Assembly: GCA_964465535.1 (NCBI GenBank)
Contig: CAYXID010000001.1
Span: 276-64,275 of the forward strand
Length of the DNA stretch: 64,000 nucleotides
Source: an uncultured Ruminococcus sp.
Lineage (GTDB): Bacteria; Bacillota; Clostridia; Oscillospirales; Acutalibacteraceae
Direction of reading: 5' to 3'
In this document: piece after piece, positions 38,377 to 48,401 of the stretch
Layout: every line of letters begins with the position of its first letter
Position numbering within the stretch: position 1 is the first letter of the stretch
The notes under the pieces: generated by a model
The model's database searches: none
Seen by the model: the letters and a program-made list of their open reading frames with translations, nothing else
Told to the model about the DNA's origin: nothing
Program-made: the position numbers and the translations under genes

Positions 38377-39192
38377 CTAAAGCTCAATACTTTCTGCAGA
38401 GAACTGAAAATCATCTTCTCTGCTACTAAACTGCTTAGCTACCTTATTATAATTTGCTACTGCAAATCTTGAATGTACTATATAAGACATAATAAAATAC
38501 GGTATTGTAAATATAACGGGTATAACGGTAAAGGAAATTAAAAACCAACCGAAAAAGCTAAATGTTAAAAGCAAAAAGTCAATAGCAGTTGCCCTTGAAA
38601 GCAGTGTTGACTTATGAATTGCTTCGGCGGCATCCATCTCACCGTCTGCCACAAATAAGAAGGGCGCCAAATAGTATTTAAGCATAATTATATAGAGCAC
38701 TATAAGGGCAGCAATTTTTAAAAACGCCGAAAGCACCCAAAGATTAGAAGCAAAGGACGGCGCCGACATACCGAAAAACTCATAAACCCTGACAGACGAA
38801 AGTGCGTCCGTAAATAATGAGGGCAAAAAGAGTAAAAAGCCAATCCAAAGGGTTCTAAAAACTATTCCGAAAATAAGCCTTAGTGACCTTTCATATTCTT
38901 CGCGTGATGAAAAATAGTAGAACACCACTTCTACCGTATCGTCCGAATTCCACATTATTCGCCAAAAAGCTCTCAGCATACCGAGCATTAAAGGAGCTAT
39001 TAAAAACACTAATAAAAGCGCAACTATAACGCCTGCTACGGCATCGGGAAAAACAATGCAAAGCAAGGCTTCAATAATATAAACCGCTAGCATAGAAAAT
39101 ACTACTGTAAGACAAAAGAATATTGCCTTTACGAAATTGTCTTTAAGTGCCGCTCTAGCGGTTTTCTTTACAACAGTAGAATTCGCCTGCAA
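38377..39192 (-). CDS. Hypothetical multi-pass membrane protein
   Basis: TTG start with RBS GGAGGG. About 6 hydrophobic helices over 271 aa. Confidence 0.6.
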   Translation of the reverse strand: MQANSTVVKKTARAALKDNFVKAIFFCLTVVFSMLAVYIIEALLCIVFPDAVAGVIVALLLVFLIAPLMLGMLRAFWRIMWNSDDTVEVVFYYFSSREEYERSLRLIFGIVFRTLWIGFLLFLPSLFTDALSSVRVYEFFGMSAPSFASNLWVLSAFLKIAALIVLYIIMLKYYLAPFLFVADGEMDAAEAIHKSTLLSRATAIDFLLLTFSFFGWFLISFTVIPVIFTIPYFIMSYIVHSRFAVANYNKVAKQFSSREDDFQFSAESIEL

Positions 39193-39268
39193 AGTAATCC
39201 CTCCTTAATAAAAATAATATCTACTTTTAATTATACCTATAAACTGTAAAAATTCAATTCTAAAAATA

Positions 39269-41659
39269 TTAAATTATTTTTAATTTTGCATACGCTGCCA
39301 TCAGTTTTTTAGTGCCGACATTATCAAAAGCAATCTCTAACATAGAATCAGCACCCATAGGCGTTACCGACACAACAAGACCTCTGCCAAAGGTTTTGTG
39401 CTCTACAGTCTGCCCTGCTTTGAGGCTCGCCCCACTTGATTTCGGCTTTTCTTCAGCAGAATAAGAGCCCTTTAAATAAGAACCGCCGCTCCTATTTTGT
39501 GAGGTGTATCCAAAGCCTCCCGAAAAGTAAGAATTCCTTTGAGAATATGTATCGCCAAAGGAGAAGGCGGCGGAATATCCCGAAACCGCAGTGGATATAT
39601 CACAAAGACTTTCGGGTATTTCCCTTAAAAATCTTGAGGGTAAATTTCTGTTTGTTGAGCCGTAAAGCATACGGGTTGAGGCGTTTGTAATAACAAGATT
39701 TTTCTTAGCTCTTGTTATCGCAACATAGGCTAGCCGCCTTTCCTCCTCAATTTCGCTTTCTCCCCCGTAAATAGACTGATTACCGGGGAAAACGCCCTCC
39801 TCCATACCGATTAGATAAACATTTTTGAATTCGAGACCTTTAGCCGAATGTATGGTCATAAGAACGACCTTGTCGTCGCTCTCATCAAGAGAATCGGTAT
39901 CACTCACAAGGGCGATTTCTTCGAGGAATGAAGACAAACTCGGCTCGTCATTTTCAAGTTCATACTGTTTTATAACAGTACCTAACTCTTCAATATTTTC
40001 TACCCTGTCTGCCTCTTCCTTGCCCGCCGCTACTAAGGCTGATTTATAGCCTGTTCTAATAAGCATTTCTTCATAAACTTCGCTGATTTCTGCTTCCTCT
40101 AACATATCTGTAAGGTCATTAATCATCGCGCAAAATTCTTTGAGCTTAGCTGAGGCTCGTGAAATTGCGGCAAATTCGTCAGCACGGGCGAAAACCTCAA
40201 AAAGCGGAATGGACAGACTGTCCGCAATGCTTTGAGCATTATTTACGGTGGTATCACCTATTCCCCTTTTTGGCTCGTTTATAATTCTTCTAAGGCGCAC
40301 ATTATCGCTGTGGTTGTTTATAAGATTAAGATAGGCTAGCATATCTCTTACTTCTTTTCGCTCAAAGAACCTGAAGCCGCCTATAACCTTATATGATACA
40401 CCGCTTCGAGCAAACACACCTTCTATTGATGCCGACTGTGCGTTCATTCTGTAAAGCACCGCGTGGTCTGAAAACTTGTTGCCGTTTCGAACACTTTCGA
40501 GTATTGCATCGGTTATATATTTTGCCTCTGCGCGCTCGTCTAATGCTGTATAAACTGTAATTTTTTCGCCCTTTTCCCCATCTGTCCAAAGGTTTTTACC
40601 CTTACGGCCGAGGTTGTTTTTAATAACGGCATTAGCGGCTTCAAGAATAGTAGAGGTTGAACGGTAATTTTGTTCAAGCCTTATAGTTTTAGCTCCCTTA
40701 AACTGAGACTCAAAATTAAGTATGTTCTCGATTGTTGCTCCTCTGAAACGGTAAATACTTTGGTCGTCGTCTCCAACAACGCACAAATTACCCCTACCCC
40801 CTGCAAGCATACTTACAAGCACAAATTGAGCGTGGTTTGTATCCTGATACTCGTCCACCATTACATACTTAAAGCGGTTATTATAAAAGGCTAGTACATC
40901 GGGACAACTGTCGAAAAGCTCTACCGTTTTTACAATCATATCATCAAAATCCATAGCATCGGCGTCCTTTAATCGCCTTTGATAGATTTTATAAAGACCT
41001 GCAACGGTTTTTTTACGCAAATCTGAGCCTGCCGAAATTTCATACTCTTCGGGGGTTATAAGCTCATCCTTTGCGCGAGAAATCTCCCCTAAAACGCTCT
41101 TTAAGGGGATAAGCTTTTCGTCTACATTAGAAGACTTCATTATCTCCTTCATTAAGCGGCGTTGGTCATCTGTATCGTAAATCGTAAAGTGCGAAGTAAA
41201 CCCAATTTGGTCACCAAATCTGCGCAAAATTCTGCCGCATACCGAGTGAAACGTGCCTGCAACTACTTCCTCACCGCCGTCACTGCCAAGCTTTGTATTT
41301 ATTCGCTCTTTGAGCTCTGCCGCCGCCTTATTTGTAAAGGTTATCGCTAAAATTTCCCAAGGACGAGGCGCATCTACAGAAAATGCCGAAGTAGGCAAAT
41401 CCTCTCTTCTGCCCTCAAGATAATCTATACCAAGCTTTAAATCCTCATCAGTATAAAATCCGACTTCGCTGCTGTTATAAGCGTTGCCGAATTTTACAAT
41501 ATTTGCAATTCGGTTTACTAGTACAGTAGTCTTTCCGCTACCCGCACCCGCCAAAACCAAAAGCGGACCGTTTATAGTTACAACCGCTTCAAACTGACGG
41601 TCGTTCATTTTTCCGTATTCTTTTTCAATTATCTGTCTTCTTAAACCTAAAAAATCCAT
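39269..41659 (-). CDS. pcrA: ATP-dependent DNA helicase PcrA (UvrD/Rep family)
   Basis: Walker A AGAGSGKT, motifs VDEYQDTN, TFTNKAA, QNYRS, TIHSAKGLEF and VAITRAK. ATG 41659 lies 9-10 nt after AAGGAA. Confidence 0.9.
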   Translation of the reverse strand: MDFLGLRRQIIEKEYGKMNDRQFEAVVTINGPLLVLAGAGSGKTTVLVNRIANIVKFGNAYNSSEVGFYTDEDLKLGIDYLEGRREDLPTSAFSVDAPRPWEILAITFTNKAAAELKERINTKLGSDGGEEVVAGTFHSVCGRILRRFGDQIGFTSHFTIYDTDDQRRLMKEIMKSSNVDEKLIPLKSVLGEISRAKDELITPEEYEISAGSDLRKKTVAGLYKIYQRRLKDADAMDFDDMIVKTVELFDSCPDVLAFYNNRFKYVMVDEYQDTNHAQFVLVSMLAGGRGNLCVVGDDDQSIYRFRGATIENILNFESQFKGAKTIRLEQNYRSTSTILEAANAVIKNNLGRKGKNLWTDGEKGEKITVYTALDERAEAKYITDAILESVRNGNKFSDHAVLYRMNAQSASIEGVFARSGVSYKVIGGFRFFERKEVRDMLAYLNLINNHSDNVRLRRIINEPKRGIGDTTVNNAQSIADSLSIPLFEVFARADEFAAISRASAKLKEFCAMINDLTDMLEEAEISEVYEEMLIRTGYKSALVAAGKEEADRVENIEELGTVIKQYELENDEPSLSSFLEEIALVSDTDSLDESDDKVVLMTIHSAKGLEFKNVYLIGMEEGVFPGNQSIYGGESEIEEERRLAYVAITRAKKNLVITNASTRMLYGSTNRNLPSRFLREIPESLCDISTAVSGYSAAFSFGDTYSQRNSYFSGGFGYTSQNRSGGSYLKGSYSAEEKPKSSGASLKAGQTVEHKTFGRGLVVSVTPMGADSMLEIAFDNVGTKKLMAAYAKLKII

Positions 41660-41749
41660 CAATATCAATTTCCTTTAAAATAATAAGAACCCGACCCGCT
41701 AAACGCAATTAAAATTGCGGGCGGGTGCCCGGAACCTTGTTGTATTCAC

Positions 41750-41782
41750 AATAAAACAGGCTGTCTTTAAAAGACAGCCGCC
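41750..41782 (-). terminator. Intrinsic terminator after the HPr-like gene
   Basis: GGCTGTCTTTT (41759-41769) pairs with AAAAGACAGCC (41770-41780). A T-rich tail follows on the minus strand. Confidence 0.65.
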
Positions 41783-41791
41783 GACTGTAAA

Positions 41792-42034
41792 TTACTCATC
41801 GCCTTTAACTATAAACTGCTCGATTTTTTCAAAAAAGTCATCGTCACTCTCGCAGTGGGCTATCATTTTTATAGGCTTTGTAAGGTCAAGACTGAAAACG
41901 CCCATTATAGATTTTCCGTTTACAATATATTTTCCGCTGCACAAATCAACATCATAATCCCGTTCCATAGCTATAGACACGAACTTTCTGACACTATCAA
42001 GACTGTTAAGTAGAATAATATTTTTTTCTATCAC
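41792..42034 (-). CDS. HPr-like protein lacking the His15 phosphorylation site
   Basis: GTG start. NGKSIMGVFSL matches the HPr Ser46 region (KSIMGVMSL). Hand alignment places Ser and Asp where HPr has His15 and Arg17. Confidence 0.65.
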   Translation of the reverse strand: MIEKNIILLNSLDSVRKFVSIAMERDYDVDLCSGKYIVNGKSIMGVFSLDLTKPIKMIAHCESDDDFFEKIEQFIVKGDE

Positions 42035-42212
42035 AAAAAGCCCACCTTTTAGATAAAAGTTCTACAAAAAATCTAAATTTTTATCCTATATATAATACTA
42101 TCTCTAAGGCAAAAAGTCAATACTGCAACTGCTCTAAAAAATTGTACACACTTGCATTATTCGGAAATTTATTATAATATAGTTAATACAAACTCAAACG
42201 GGGTGACTTCAG

Positions 42213-42971
42213 ATGAAAATAGCGGTAATTACGGGTGCTTCTTCGGGAATAGGCTGCGAGTTTGCAAGACTTATAAATAAAACCCGACTAGACCTTGACG
42301 AAATTTGGGTTATAGCAAGAAGAGAGGATAAGCTTTTAAATTTAAAGGCAGACCTTGGCGAAAAAATCAGGGTTCTTCCCCTTGATATAACCGATGATAA
42401 CAGTATTTTAAAATATACCGAGCTTTTAAAGTCAGAAAACGCCGATATTAAGCTTTTAATAAATAATGCAGGCTACGGAAAGCTTGGCGATTTTGACACA
42501 CTTTATAACTCTGATAACAAAGGTATGATACGCCTTAACTGCGAAGCGTTGACAGTTATGACTTCTGCATCCCTCCCCTTTATGAATGAGGGCGGAGAAA
42601 TAATAAACACTTGCTCAATAGCCTCTTTTGCTCCAAATGCCAGAATGGCGGTTTACTCCTCTACAAAGGCGTATGTTATGAGCTTTTCGAGGGCGCTGCG
42701 CTTTGAACTGAAATCTAGAAAAATCAATGTTCTGGCCGCTTGTCCCGGACCTATGGAAACAGAATTTTTATCAGTTGCCGACATTAAGCCGGGCACTAGC
42801 CACACCTTTGACACATTACCGAGAGTATCTCCTTACAAAATGGCAAAGGGTGCACTTTTGGCGTCCTCTCGCCGCCGCGCAGTTTATACAAACCGCATTT
42901 TTTATAAATTCTACCGCTTGGTTGCAAAAATTTTGCCGCATAGTATTGTTATGAAGATGGCAAAGACTTAA
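42213..42971 (+). CDS. SDR family oxidoreductase
   Basis: TGASSGIG cofactor motif, NNAG, and YSSTK catalytic motif. Confidence 0.9.
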   Translation: MKIAVITGASSGIGCEFARLINKTRLDLDEIWVIARREDKLLNLKADLGEKIRVLPLDITDDNSILKYTELLKSENADIKLLINNAGYGKLGDFDTLYNSDNKGMIRLNCEALTVMTSASLPFMNEGGEIINTCSIASFAPNARMAVYSSTKAYVMSFSRALRFELKSRKINVLAACPGPMETEFLSVADIKPGTSHTFDTLPRVSPYKMAKGALLASSRRRAVYTNRIFYKFYRLVAKILPHSIVMKMAKT

Positions 42972-42977
42972 AATTTT

Positions 42978-43010
42978 CTCCCGAAAGAGTTTTTCTTTCG
43001 GGAGTTTTTT
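42978..43010 (+). terminator. Intrinsic terminator
   Basis: CTCCCGAAAG (42978-42987) pairs with CTTTCGGGAG (42995-43004), followed by TTTTTT. Confidence 0.8.
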
Positions 43011-43057
43011 GTTGCTTTTCGTAGAATTTTGGTGTATATTTTAAAAGAGGTGCTTTT

Positions 43058-43759
43058 ATGCTTGAAAGAATATTTTTAAGCGGCGCTTTTGTTAATTTTT
43101 TACTTGTTATTCTCGGCAGCGGTTTAGGGTTAATATTTAAAAAAGGTATACCTGAGCGGCTCAAGGATATTCTTATGCAGGCAATGGCGCTATGCGTAAT
43201 CTTTATCGGAGTAACAGGTATTATTGACGAAAAAGCCGAAATACTTGTAATAATAATTTCTATGGCGGTGGGCGCACTGCTAGGTGAGCTTATTGACCTT
43301 GACGCTCTTGTAAACCGCCTTGCTCTAAAAATTGAAAAATGTATCTCAAAGGGTACAACAGAGCTTAAAATTGCAGACGGTTTTGTAGCGGCAACCCTGC
43401 TTTTCTGTGTTGGTGCTATGACGGTGGTAGGCTCTATAAATTCAGGAATACTGAATGACAATACCGTTCTTTACTCAAAGGGACTTATCGACTGTGTTGC
43501 CGCAATAGCTTTAACCTCAAGTCTTGGTATAGGGGTTATGCTATCCTCTGTAGCGGTGCTTTTTATAGAGGGTGTTTTAACCTTACTTGCAACATTTATT
43601 CAGCCCGTTTTAACCGATGTTATTATATCGAATATGTCGGTTATAGGCTCCCTTTTAATAATAGCGATAGCACTTAATATGCTAAAGCTTACTAAAATAA
43701 AGGTTATGAATGCGGTGCCTGCAATTTTTCTACCAATTCTGCTTTGCAGACTTTTTTAA
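43058..43759 (+). CDS. DUF554 family membrane protein
   Basis: 233 aa multi-TM protein. The N-terminal GAFVNFLLVILGSGLG pattern resembles the YdfK/DUF554 family (from memory). Confidence 0.7.
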   Translation: MLERIFLSGAFVNFLLVILGSGLGLIFKKGIPERLKDILMQAMALCVIFIGVTGIIDEKAEILVIIISMAVGALLGELIDLDALVNRLALKIEKCISKGTTELKIADGFVAATLLFCVGAMTVVGSINSGILNDNTVLYSKGLIDCVAAIALTSSLGIGVMLSSVAVLFIEGVLTLLATFIQPVLTDVIISNMSVIGSLLIIAIALNMLKLTKIKVMNAVPAIFLPILLCRLF

Positions 43760-43771
43760 CAGGAGGTCAAA

Positions 43772-45145
43772 ATGGCACAAAGAAGAACAAAAAGACAAGA
43801 GGCTATCCGCCGAAGAAATATATTTTTGAGTGTCTGTGCAGTAGCAATAGCGGTTGCCGTTGCGGTACTCGCATTTTCTATATCGGCTATTTTAAAAAGC
43901 ATTAACAGTCCAAACACAAATAGCGATATAAATAGCAATAATCCTACATCTTCAAATGTAAGCTCAGAAGCTAAGCCTAAAGAGCCCTATATAGTAGGCT
44001 CTGCAACGGTTGTAAATACAGGTGATATACTAATTCACAGTACCGTTTTAGACGGTGCTAAAACCGAAGACGGCAACTACGATTTCAGCAGCTTCTTTAA
44101 AAGCACTAAAAAATATTTTAAGGCTGCCGATTTATCGGTTATAAATCTTGAAGTAACTTTTGGAGGTACTGAATCGGGCAAATTTTCGGGATATCCTGTG
44201 TTTAATTCACCCGACAGTCTTGCCGATACTATAAAGGAAGCAGGTTTAAACCTTGTTTTAACCTCTAACAACCACAGTTATGATACAGGTCTTTTCGGAT
44301 TAAAGCGTACTGCCGAGGTTTTAAAGAATAAGGGTATCGCCTTTACAGGCACAAAGCAGACGCCTGATGACCCCGCCTATATTGTAAAGAATGTAAACGG
44401 AGTCAAGCTCGGCATTGTAAATTACACATACGAAACATCCTGTTCTACTGCAGGCAGGAAAGCTTTAAACGGCAGAATTATGGCGGCAGAGGCAAACAAC
44501 CTTATAAATACCTTTTCTTATGATAAAATAGGTAATTTCTACACCGAAGCCGAAAATGTTATCAATGCTATGAAAAACGACGGGGCTGATGCAATAGTAT
44601 TCTATATGCATTGGGGCAACGAATATCAGCTAAGTCCTAACACTTGGCAAAAAACGATTGCTCAAAAGCTTTGTAACCTCGGTGTTGATGTAATAGTTGG
44701 CGGTCACCCTCATGTACTGCAACCAATGGAGGTTATTCATTCAGAGGATAGTCAGAACTCAACCGTTTGCATCTATTCTACAGGAAACGCGGTTTCAAAT
44801 CAGCGTCAGGAGCTTATGGATAGCTGCCCGTCAGGTCATACAGAGGATGGCGTTTTATTCTACTATACCTTTGATAAATACAGCGACGGCACAACCGTTT
44901 TATCCTCTGTTGATTTAGTTCCTATTTGGGTTGATAAATATAAGGGCGGCGCACAGTATCAATATCAAATGTATCCCCTTGAAAACGCCAAAGACGGTGC
45001 TAATAAGTTCGGTCTTACAGGCGCTGCGGCCACAAAATCTGAAAAATCCTATAACCGAACAAAAGCGCTTATGGAAGAAGGTCTTATCGAGTGTCAAAAA
45101 CATTTAGGGGCACAAGAGCGCTTTGCAGTTCCAACTAAAAAATAA
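43772..45145 (+). CDS. CapA family (poly-gamma-glutamate/metallophosphatase-like) protein, membrane anchored
   Basis: N-terminal basic region plus TM, then GDILIH, NLE, SNNHSYD and HWG..Y, GGHPH metallophosphoesterase-type motifs. Confidence 0.8.
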   Translation: MAQRRTKRQEAIRRRNIFLSVCAVAIAVAVAVLAFSISAILKSINSPNTNSDINSNNPTSSNVSSEAKPKEPYIVGSATVVNTGDILIHSTVLDGAKTEDGNYDFSSFFKSTKKYFKAADLSVINLEVTFGGTESGKFSGYPVFNSPDSLADTIKEAGLNLVLTSNNHSYDTGLFGLKRTAEVLKNKGIAFTGTKQTPDDPAYIVKNVNGVKLGIVNYTYETSCSTAGRKALNGRIMAAEANNLINTFSYDKIGNFYTEAENVINAMKNDGADAIVFYMHWGNEYQLSPNTWQKTIAQKLCNLGVDVIVGGHPHVLQPMEVIHSEDSQNSTVCIYSTGNAVSNQRQELMDSCPSGHTEDGVLFYYTFDKYSDGTTVLSSVDLVPIWVDKYKGGAQYQYQMYPLENAKDGANKFGLTGAAATKSEKSYNRTKALMEEGLIECQKHLGAQERFAVPTKK

Positions 45146-45160
45146 ATTTAAAAGCCAACA

Positions 45161-45197
45161 AAAAATCCGTTATCTAAAAAAGATAACGGATTTTTTA
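45161..45197. terminator. Bidirectional intrinsic terminator between capA-like and dut
   Basis: AAAAATCCGTTATCT (45161-45175) pairs with AGATAACGGATTTTT (45181-45195). Confidence 0.8.
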
Positions 45198-45200
45198 TGT

Positions 45201-45644
45201 TTATACCTTTCCTGTTGAGCCGAAGCCGCCTGCACCTCTGTCGGTGTCGTCAAGGGTGTCACACTCAAGAAACTGCGCCGCAACATAAGGGGTAAATACG
45301 ATTTGAGCTATACGCTCACCCTCTTCAATAAACTGAGGTTTATCAGAATGATTATGTAGGGATACCATAATTTCGCCCCTGTAGTCACTGTCAATAACCC
45401 CAACTTTATTGGCGGGGGCAAGTCCCCTTTTTGTAGCAATTCCGCTTCTCGCATATATAAGACCTACCAAACCGTCAGGAATTTGAAGTGCTATTCCTGT
45501 ATGGATAAGTTTAGTTTCTCCTGATTTTATTTCTATTCTTTCCTCACCTAAAAGAGCATAAAGGTCTGCCCCTGCAGAAAAGGGTGTTCCGTAGCTTGGA
45601 ACAATTGCTTTATCGTTTAGTTTTACAAATTTAATTTTTTCCAT
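45201..45644 (-). CDS. dut: dUTP diphosphatase
   Basis: AGADL, GLIYARSG, GVIDSDYRGE and C-terminal RGAGGFGSTG motifs. GTG 45656 is an alternative start. Confidence 0.9.
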   Translation of the reverse strand: MEKIKFVKLNDKAIVPSYGTPFSAGADLYALLGEERIEIKSGETKLIHTGIALQIPDGLVGLIYARSGIATKRGLAPANKVGVIDSDYRGEIMVSLHNHSDKPQFIEEGERIAQIVFTPYVAAQFLECDTLDDTDRGAGGFGSTGKV

Positions 45645-45805
45645 AATACTTATCACTCGCTATTATTTAATTATTAAATACATTATACCATTTAATTTTA
45701 AATTAGTAAACAATTTCTATAAAGTAACCTTTTTAGCGTAAAAACATATACTTTAATTAGGCAAATGCTATGTTTTTGCATAAATTTTTGGAAAAGAGGT
45801 TTTTT

Positions 45806-46288
45806 ATGGATAAGGAACTTATAGAGCGCTACAAAGCCGAAATGCTGCGAACATACAATTCCAGAACTCTGCCCGATACAGCCGAACAAAATGACGGCAA
45901 TTACGATGACACAGGGCATCTTTTAGTAAGCGTTACTACACTAAAAGGCTTTTACCCTCTGCCGAGAGCGACGGTTAAAATTTTTACAGGCAGTGTAGAA
46001 GATATGACGGTGATAGATACCGACATAACAAACGAAAGCGGTCAGACAAAAGTATTTTCACTGCCAGCCCCCAGCCGTGAGTTATCCCAAAGCGCAGGGT
46101 CAACCGAAGCTGTGTACACAAGTTATAATGTATTAGTAGAAGCCGACGGATATGTAGACGAAATAAACTTAAATCTTCCAATCTTCAGAGGTGTTACCTC
46201 ACTTCAGAATGTTGATATGATTTTGCGGTCTGTATCAAACAATCAAAACACCATTATTAACGACCAAAATGAAAACTATAATCTTTAA
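45806..46288 (+). CDS. Hypothetical protein with a carboxypeptidase-regulatory-like beta-sandwich region
   Basis: ATG 45806 with RBS GAGG. The pattern VTTLKGFYPLPRATVKIF...TDESGQT...Y.V.V.A.GY is typical of CarboxypepD_reg-like folds. It immediately precedes the peptidoglycan-binding gene. Confidence 0.45.
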   Translation: MDKELIERYKAEMLRTYNSRTLPDTAEQNDGNYDDTGHLLVSVTTLKGFYPLPRATVKIFTGSVEDMTVIDTDITNESGQTKVFSLPAPSRELSQSAGSTEAVYTSYNVLVEADGYVDEINLNLPIFRGVTSLQNVDMILRSVSNNQNTIINDQNENYNL

Positions 46289-46299
46289 GAGGTGATAAT

Positions 46300-47661
46300 A
46301 TGCCCGAAGCCGTTTTACCCGTTATTCCTACAAATATAACGGTGCATTTAGGCTCGCCCGACAGTCAAGCTGAAAATGTAACCGTTCCCTTTGTTGACTA
46401 TATAAAAAATGTTGCCTCAAGTGAAATTTATCCCACTTGGCCTGAAGACGCCCTTAGAGCCAACATATACGCTATAATAACCTTTGCTTTAAACCGCATT
46501 TATACCGAGTGGTACCGAAGCCGAGGCTATGATTTTGATATAACAAATTCTACTCAGTTTGACCAAGCATTTGTAAAAAACAGGGAGGTTTTCGAAAATA
46601 TCGGATACATAGTAGATGAAATATTTAACGATTATGTAGTAAAATTCGGTGATATTCAGCCCTATTTCACTCAGTTTTGCAACGGCACCACCTCACGCTG
46701 TGAGGGACTGTCCCAATGGGGCTCTGTAACCTTGGCAGAGAGTGGTCTTACCCCTTTTGAAATACTGCAAAACTATTACGGAGACGATATCAGAATAGTA
46801 GAGGACGCGCCCATTGAGGATGTAGAAGAGTCCTATCCCGGTATACCGCTTAGAATAGGTACTGCCTCAAACGATGTAAAGATAATACAAAATCAGTTAA
46901 ACAGAATTGCAGATAACTATCCCGCAATCCCTAAAATCGCATCCGAAAACGGAATTTTCGGTACGGATACCGAAGCGGCTGTTAGAAAATTTCAGGAGAT
47001 TTTCGCTCTTGGAGTAACGGGTATTGTCGATAAGGCTACTTGGTATCAGATAAAACGCTATTATGTAGGAGTGAAAGGTCTTACCGAGCTTGTATCGGAG
47101 GGAATTACTTTAGAGGAAGCAACCCTTCCCTATTCTACAGTACTTAGCGAAGGTATGAGCGGAATTGATGTTAAAACTCTGCAGTATTATCTTAACATAA
47201 TCGCATATTTTAACCCATTTTTCACCCCGCCTCCTCTTGATGCATATTTTGGACCTACCACCACTGCATCTGTAAGAAGCTTTCAGCAGTATTACGGTCT
47301 GCCTGTTACAGGCATTGTAGAGGAAGACACGTGGCGGATAATAGATAAACTTTATATAGACACCGTAAATTCACTTCCGAGCGGATATTCAGACCCAAAT
47401 GCAAAGCTTTACCCCGGATATTTCTTAACCGAGGGTATGCAAAATGAAGCTGTACGGGACCTTCAAACCTATCTGTCCCGAATAGGCTCTGTTTACCCTG
47501 AAATTCCCGAAATCCCTGTAACAGGATATTTTGGCACCCAAACGAGAGATGCGGTTTTCACATTTCAGCGTCTTTTCGGGCTTCGCGAAACGGGTGCTGT
47601 CGGCCCTGTAACATGGGACACAATAGCTAGAGAATACAACAGTATAGTAGCCCCAAATTAA
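46300..47661 (+). CDS. Peptidoglycan-binding protein, SleC-like putative spore cortex-lytic enzyme
   Basis: Three PG_binding_1 repeats (for example G.DV..IQ..LN.I....P.I...G.FG..T..AV..FQ..F.L..TG.VD..TW). The N-terminal ~170 aa domain (YIKNVASSEIYPTWPEDALRANIYAIITFALNRIYTEWYR) resembles the clostridial SleC catalytic region as I recall it. Confidence 0.65.
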   Translation: MPEAVLPVIPTNITVHLGSPDSQAENVTVPFVDYIKNVASSEIYPTWPEDALRANIYAIITFALNRIYTEWYRSRGYDFDITNSTQFDQAFVKNREVFENIGYIVDEIFNDYVVKFGDIQPYFTQFCNGTTSRCEGLSQWGSVTLAESGLTPFEILQNYYGDDIRIVEDAPIEDVEESYPGIPLRIGTASNDVKIIQNQLNRIADNYPAIPKIASENGIFGTDTEAAVRKFQEIFALGVTGIVDKATWYQIKRYYVGVKGLTELVSEGITLEEATLPYSTVLSEGMSGIDVKTLQYYLNIIAYFNPFFTPPPLDAYFGPTTTASVRSFQQYYGLPVTGIVEEDTWRIIDKLYIDTVNSLPSGYSDPNAKLYPGYFLTEGMQNEAVRDLQTYLSRIGSVYPEIPEIPVTGYFGTQTRDAVFTFQRLFGLRETGAVGPVTWDTIAREYNSIVAPN

Positions 47662-47729
47662 ACTTGCTTTTTTAAAATTTAGTAAATATAATATGTGTGT
47701 ATATGATATAAAATCAGAGGGATAATTTT

Positions 47730-48401
47730 ATGAAGATAATCGCACATATTAAAACCGATTTCAAAACAAAATTCGGTCTTCCCCGCCAAAGCGGACTTAT
47801 AGACGAGATAGAGGGAAAAATAGTTTTCGAAAAGGAATACCAAAACGCAGAGGCTCTACGAGGCCTTGAGGATTTTTCACATATATGGCTTTTATGGAAG
47901 TTTTCTGAGGCCGAGCGTGATAGTTGGTCACCAACAGTGCGTCCCCCAATGCTAGGCGGGAATAAGCGAATGGGTGTTTTTGCAACACGCTCACCCTTTA
48001 GACCAAATCCAATAGGTCTATCGGCTGTAAAGCTTGAAAGAATAGAATTTACTAAAAATGAGGGCCCTGTACTCTTTGTAAGGGGAGCTGACCTTATGGA
48101 TAACACCCCCATTTACGATATAAAGCCCTATCTTCCCTTTGCCGACAGTATTGAAAACGCATCAGGCGGTTTTGCCGAGAAAACAGATGACAGAACGCTG
48201 TCAGTAAGCTTCCCTGAAGAATTAAAGGCCAAAATCCCCCATAACAAAATAAAAACTCTCTGCTCGGTTTTAGCATCAGACCCAAGACCCTCATATCAAA
48301 ACGACCCCGAGCGTGTATACGGCTTTGAATTTGCAGAATTTGAAATTTCGTTTAGGGTAAATGAGAAAGATTTGACTGTGTGTGATGTTAAAGTTAAATA
48401 A
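47730..48401 (+). CDS. trmO: tRNA (N6-threonylcarbamoyladenosine(37)-N6)-methyltransferase TrmO (TsaA family)
   Basis: N-terminal FGLPRQSG motif, FSHIWLLW, FATRSPFRPNPIGLS and DIKPY motifs. Confidence 0.88.
   Translation: MKIIAHIKTDFKTKFGLPRQSGLIDEIEGKIVFEKEYQNAEALRGLEDFSHIWLLWKFSEAERDSWSPTVRPPMLGGNKRMGVFATRSPFRPNPIGLSAVKLERIEFTKNEGPVLFVRGADLMDNTPIYDIKPYLPFADSIENASGGFAEKTDDRTLSVSFPEELKAKIPHNKIKTLCSVLASDPRPSYQNDPERVYGFEFAEFEISFRVNEKDLTVCDVKVK

Noticed and set aside
41690-41733. GC-rich imperfect hairpin (CCCGCCCGCAATT..AATTGCG..GCGGGTCGGG on the minus strand) in the pcrA 5' leader
   Set aside because: It has bulges, a very small apical loop and no T-run. There is no second copy in the window, and the evidence is insufficient to call it a regulatory element or repeat.
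42949-43461. 170 aa minus-strand ORF antisense to the DUF554 gene
   Set aside because: It spans a strong plus-strand terminator and the DUF554 coding region. Its composition is typical of an antisense shadow ORF and it has no recognisable motifs.
45700-45805. Possible sigma-E/sigma-K type -10 (CATATACT) upstream of the gene pair at 45806-47661
   Set aside because: It mismatches both CATACAnT and CATAnnnTA, and I could not find a matching -35. That is too weak to report as a promoter.
47714-48112. 132 aa minus-strand ORF antisense to trmO
   Set aside because: It is a shadow ORF opposite a gene with clear TrmO motifs. No independent evidence supports it.
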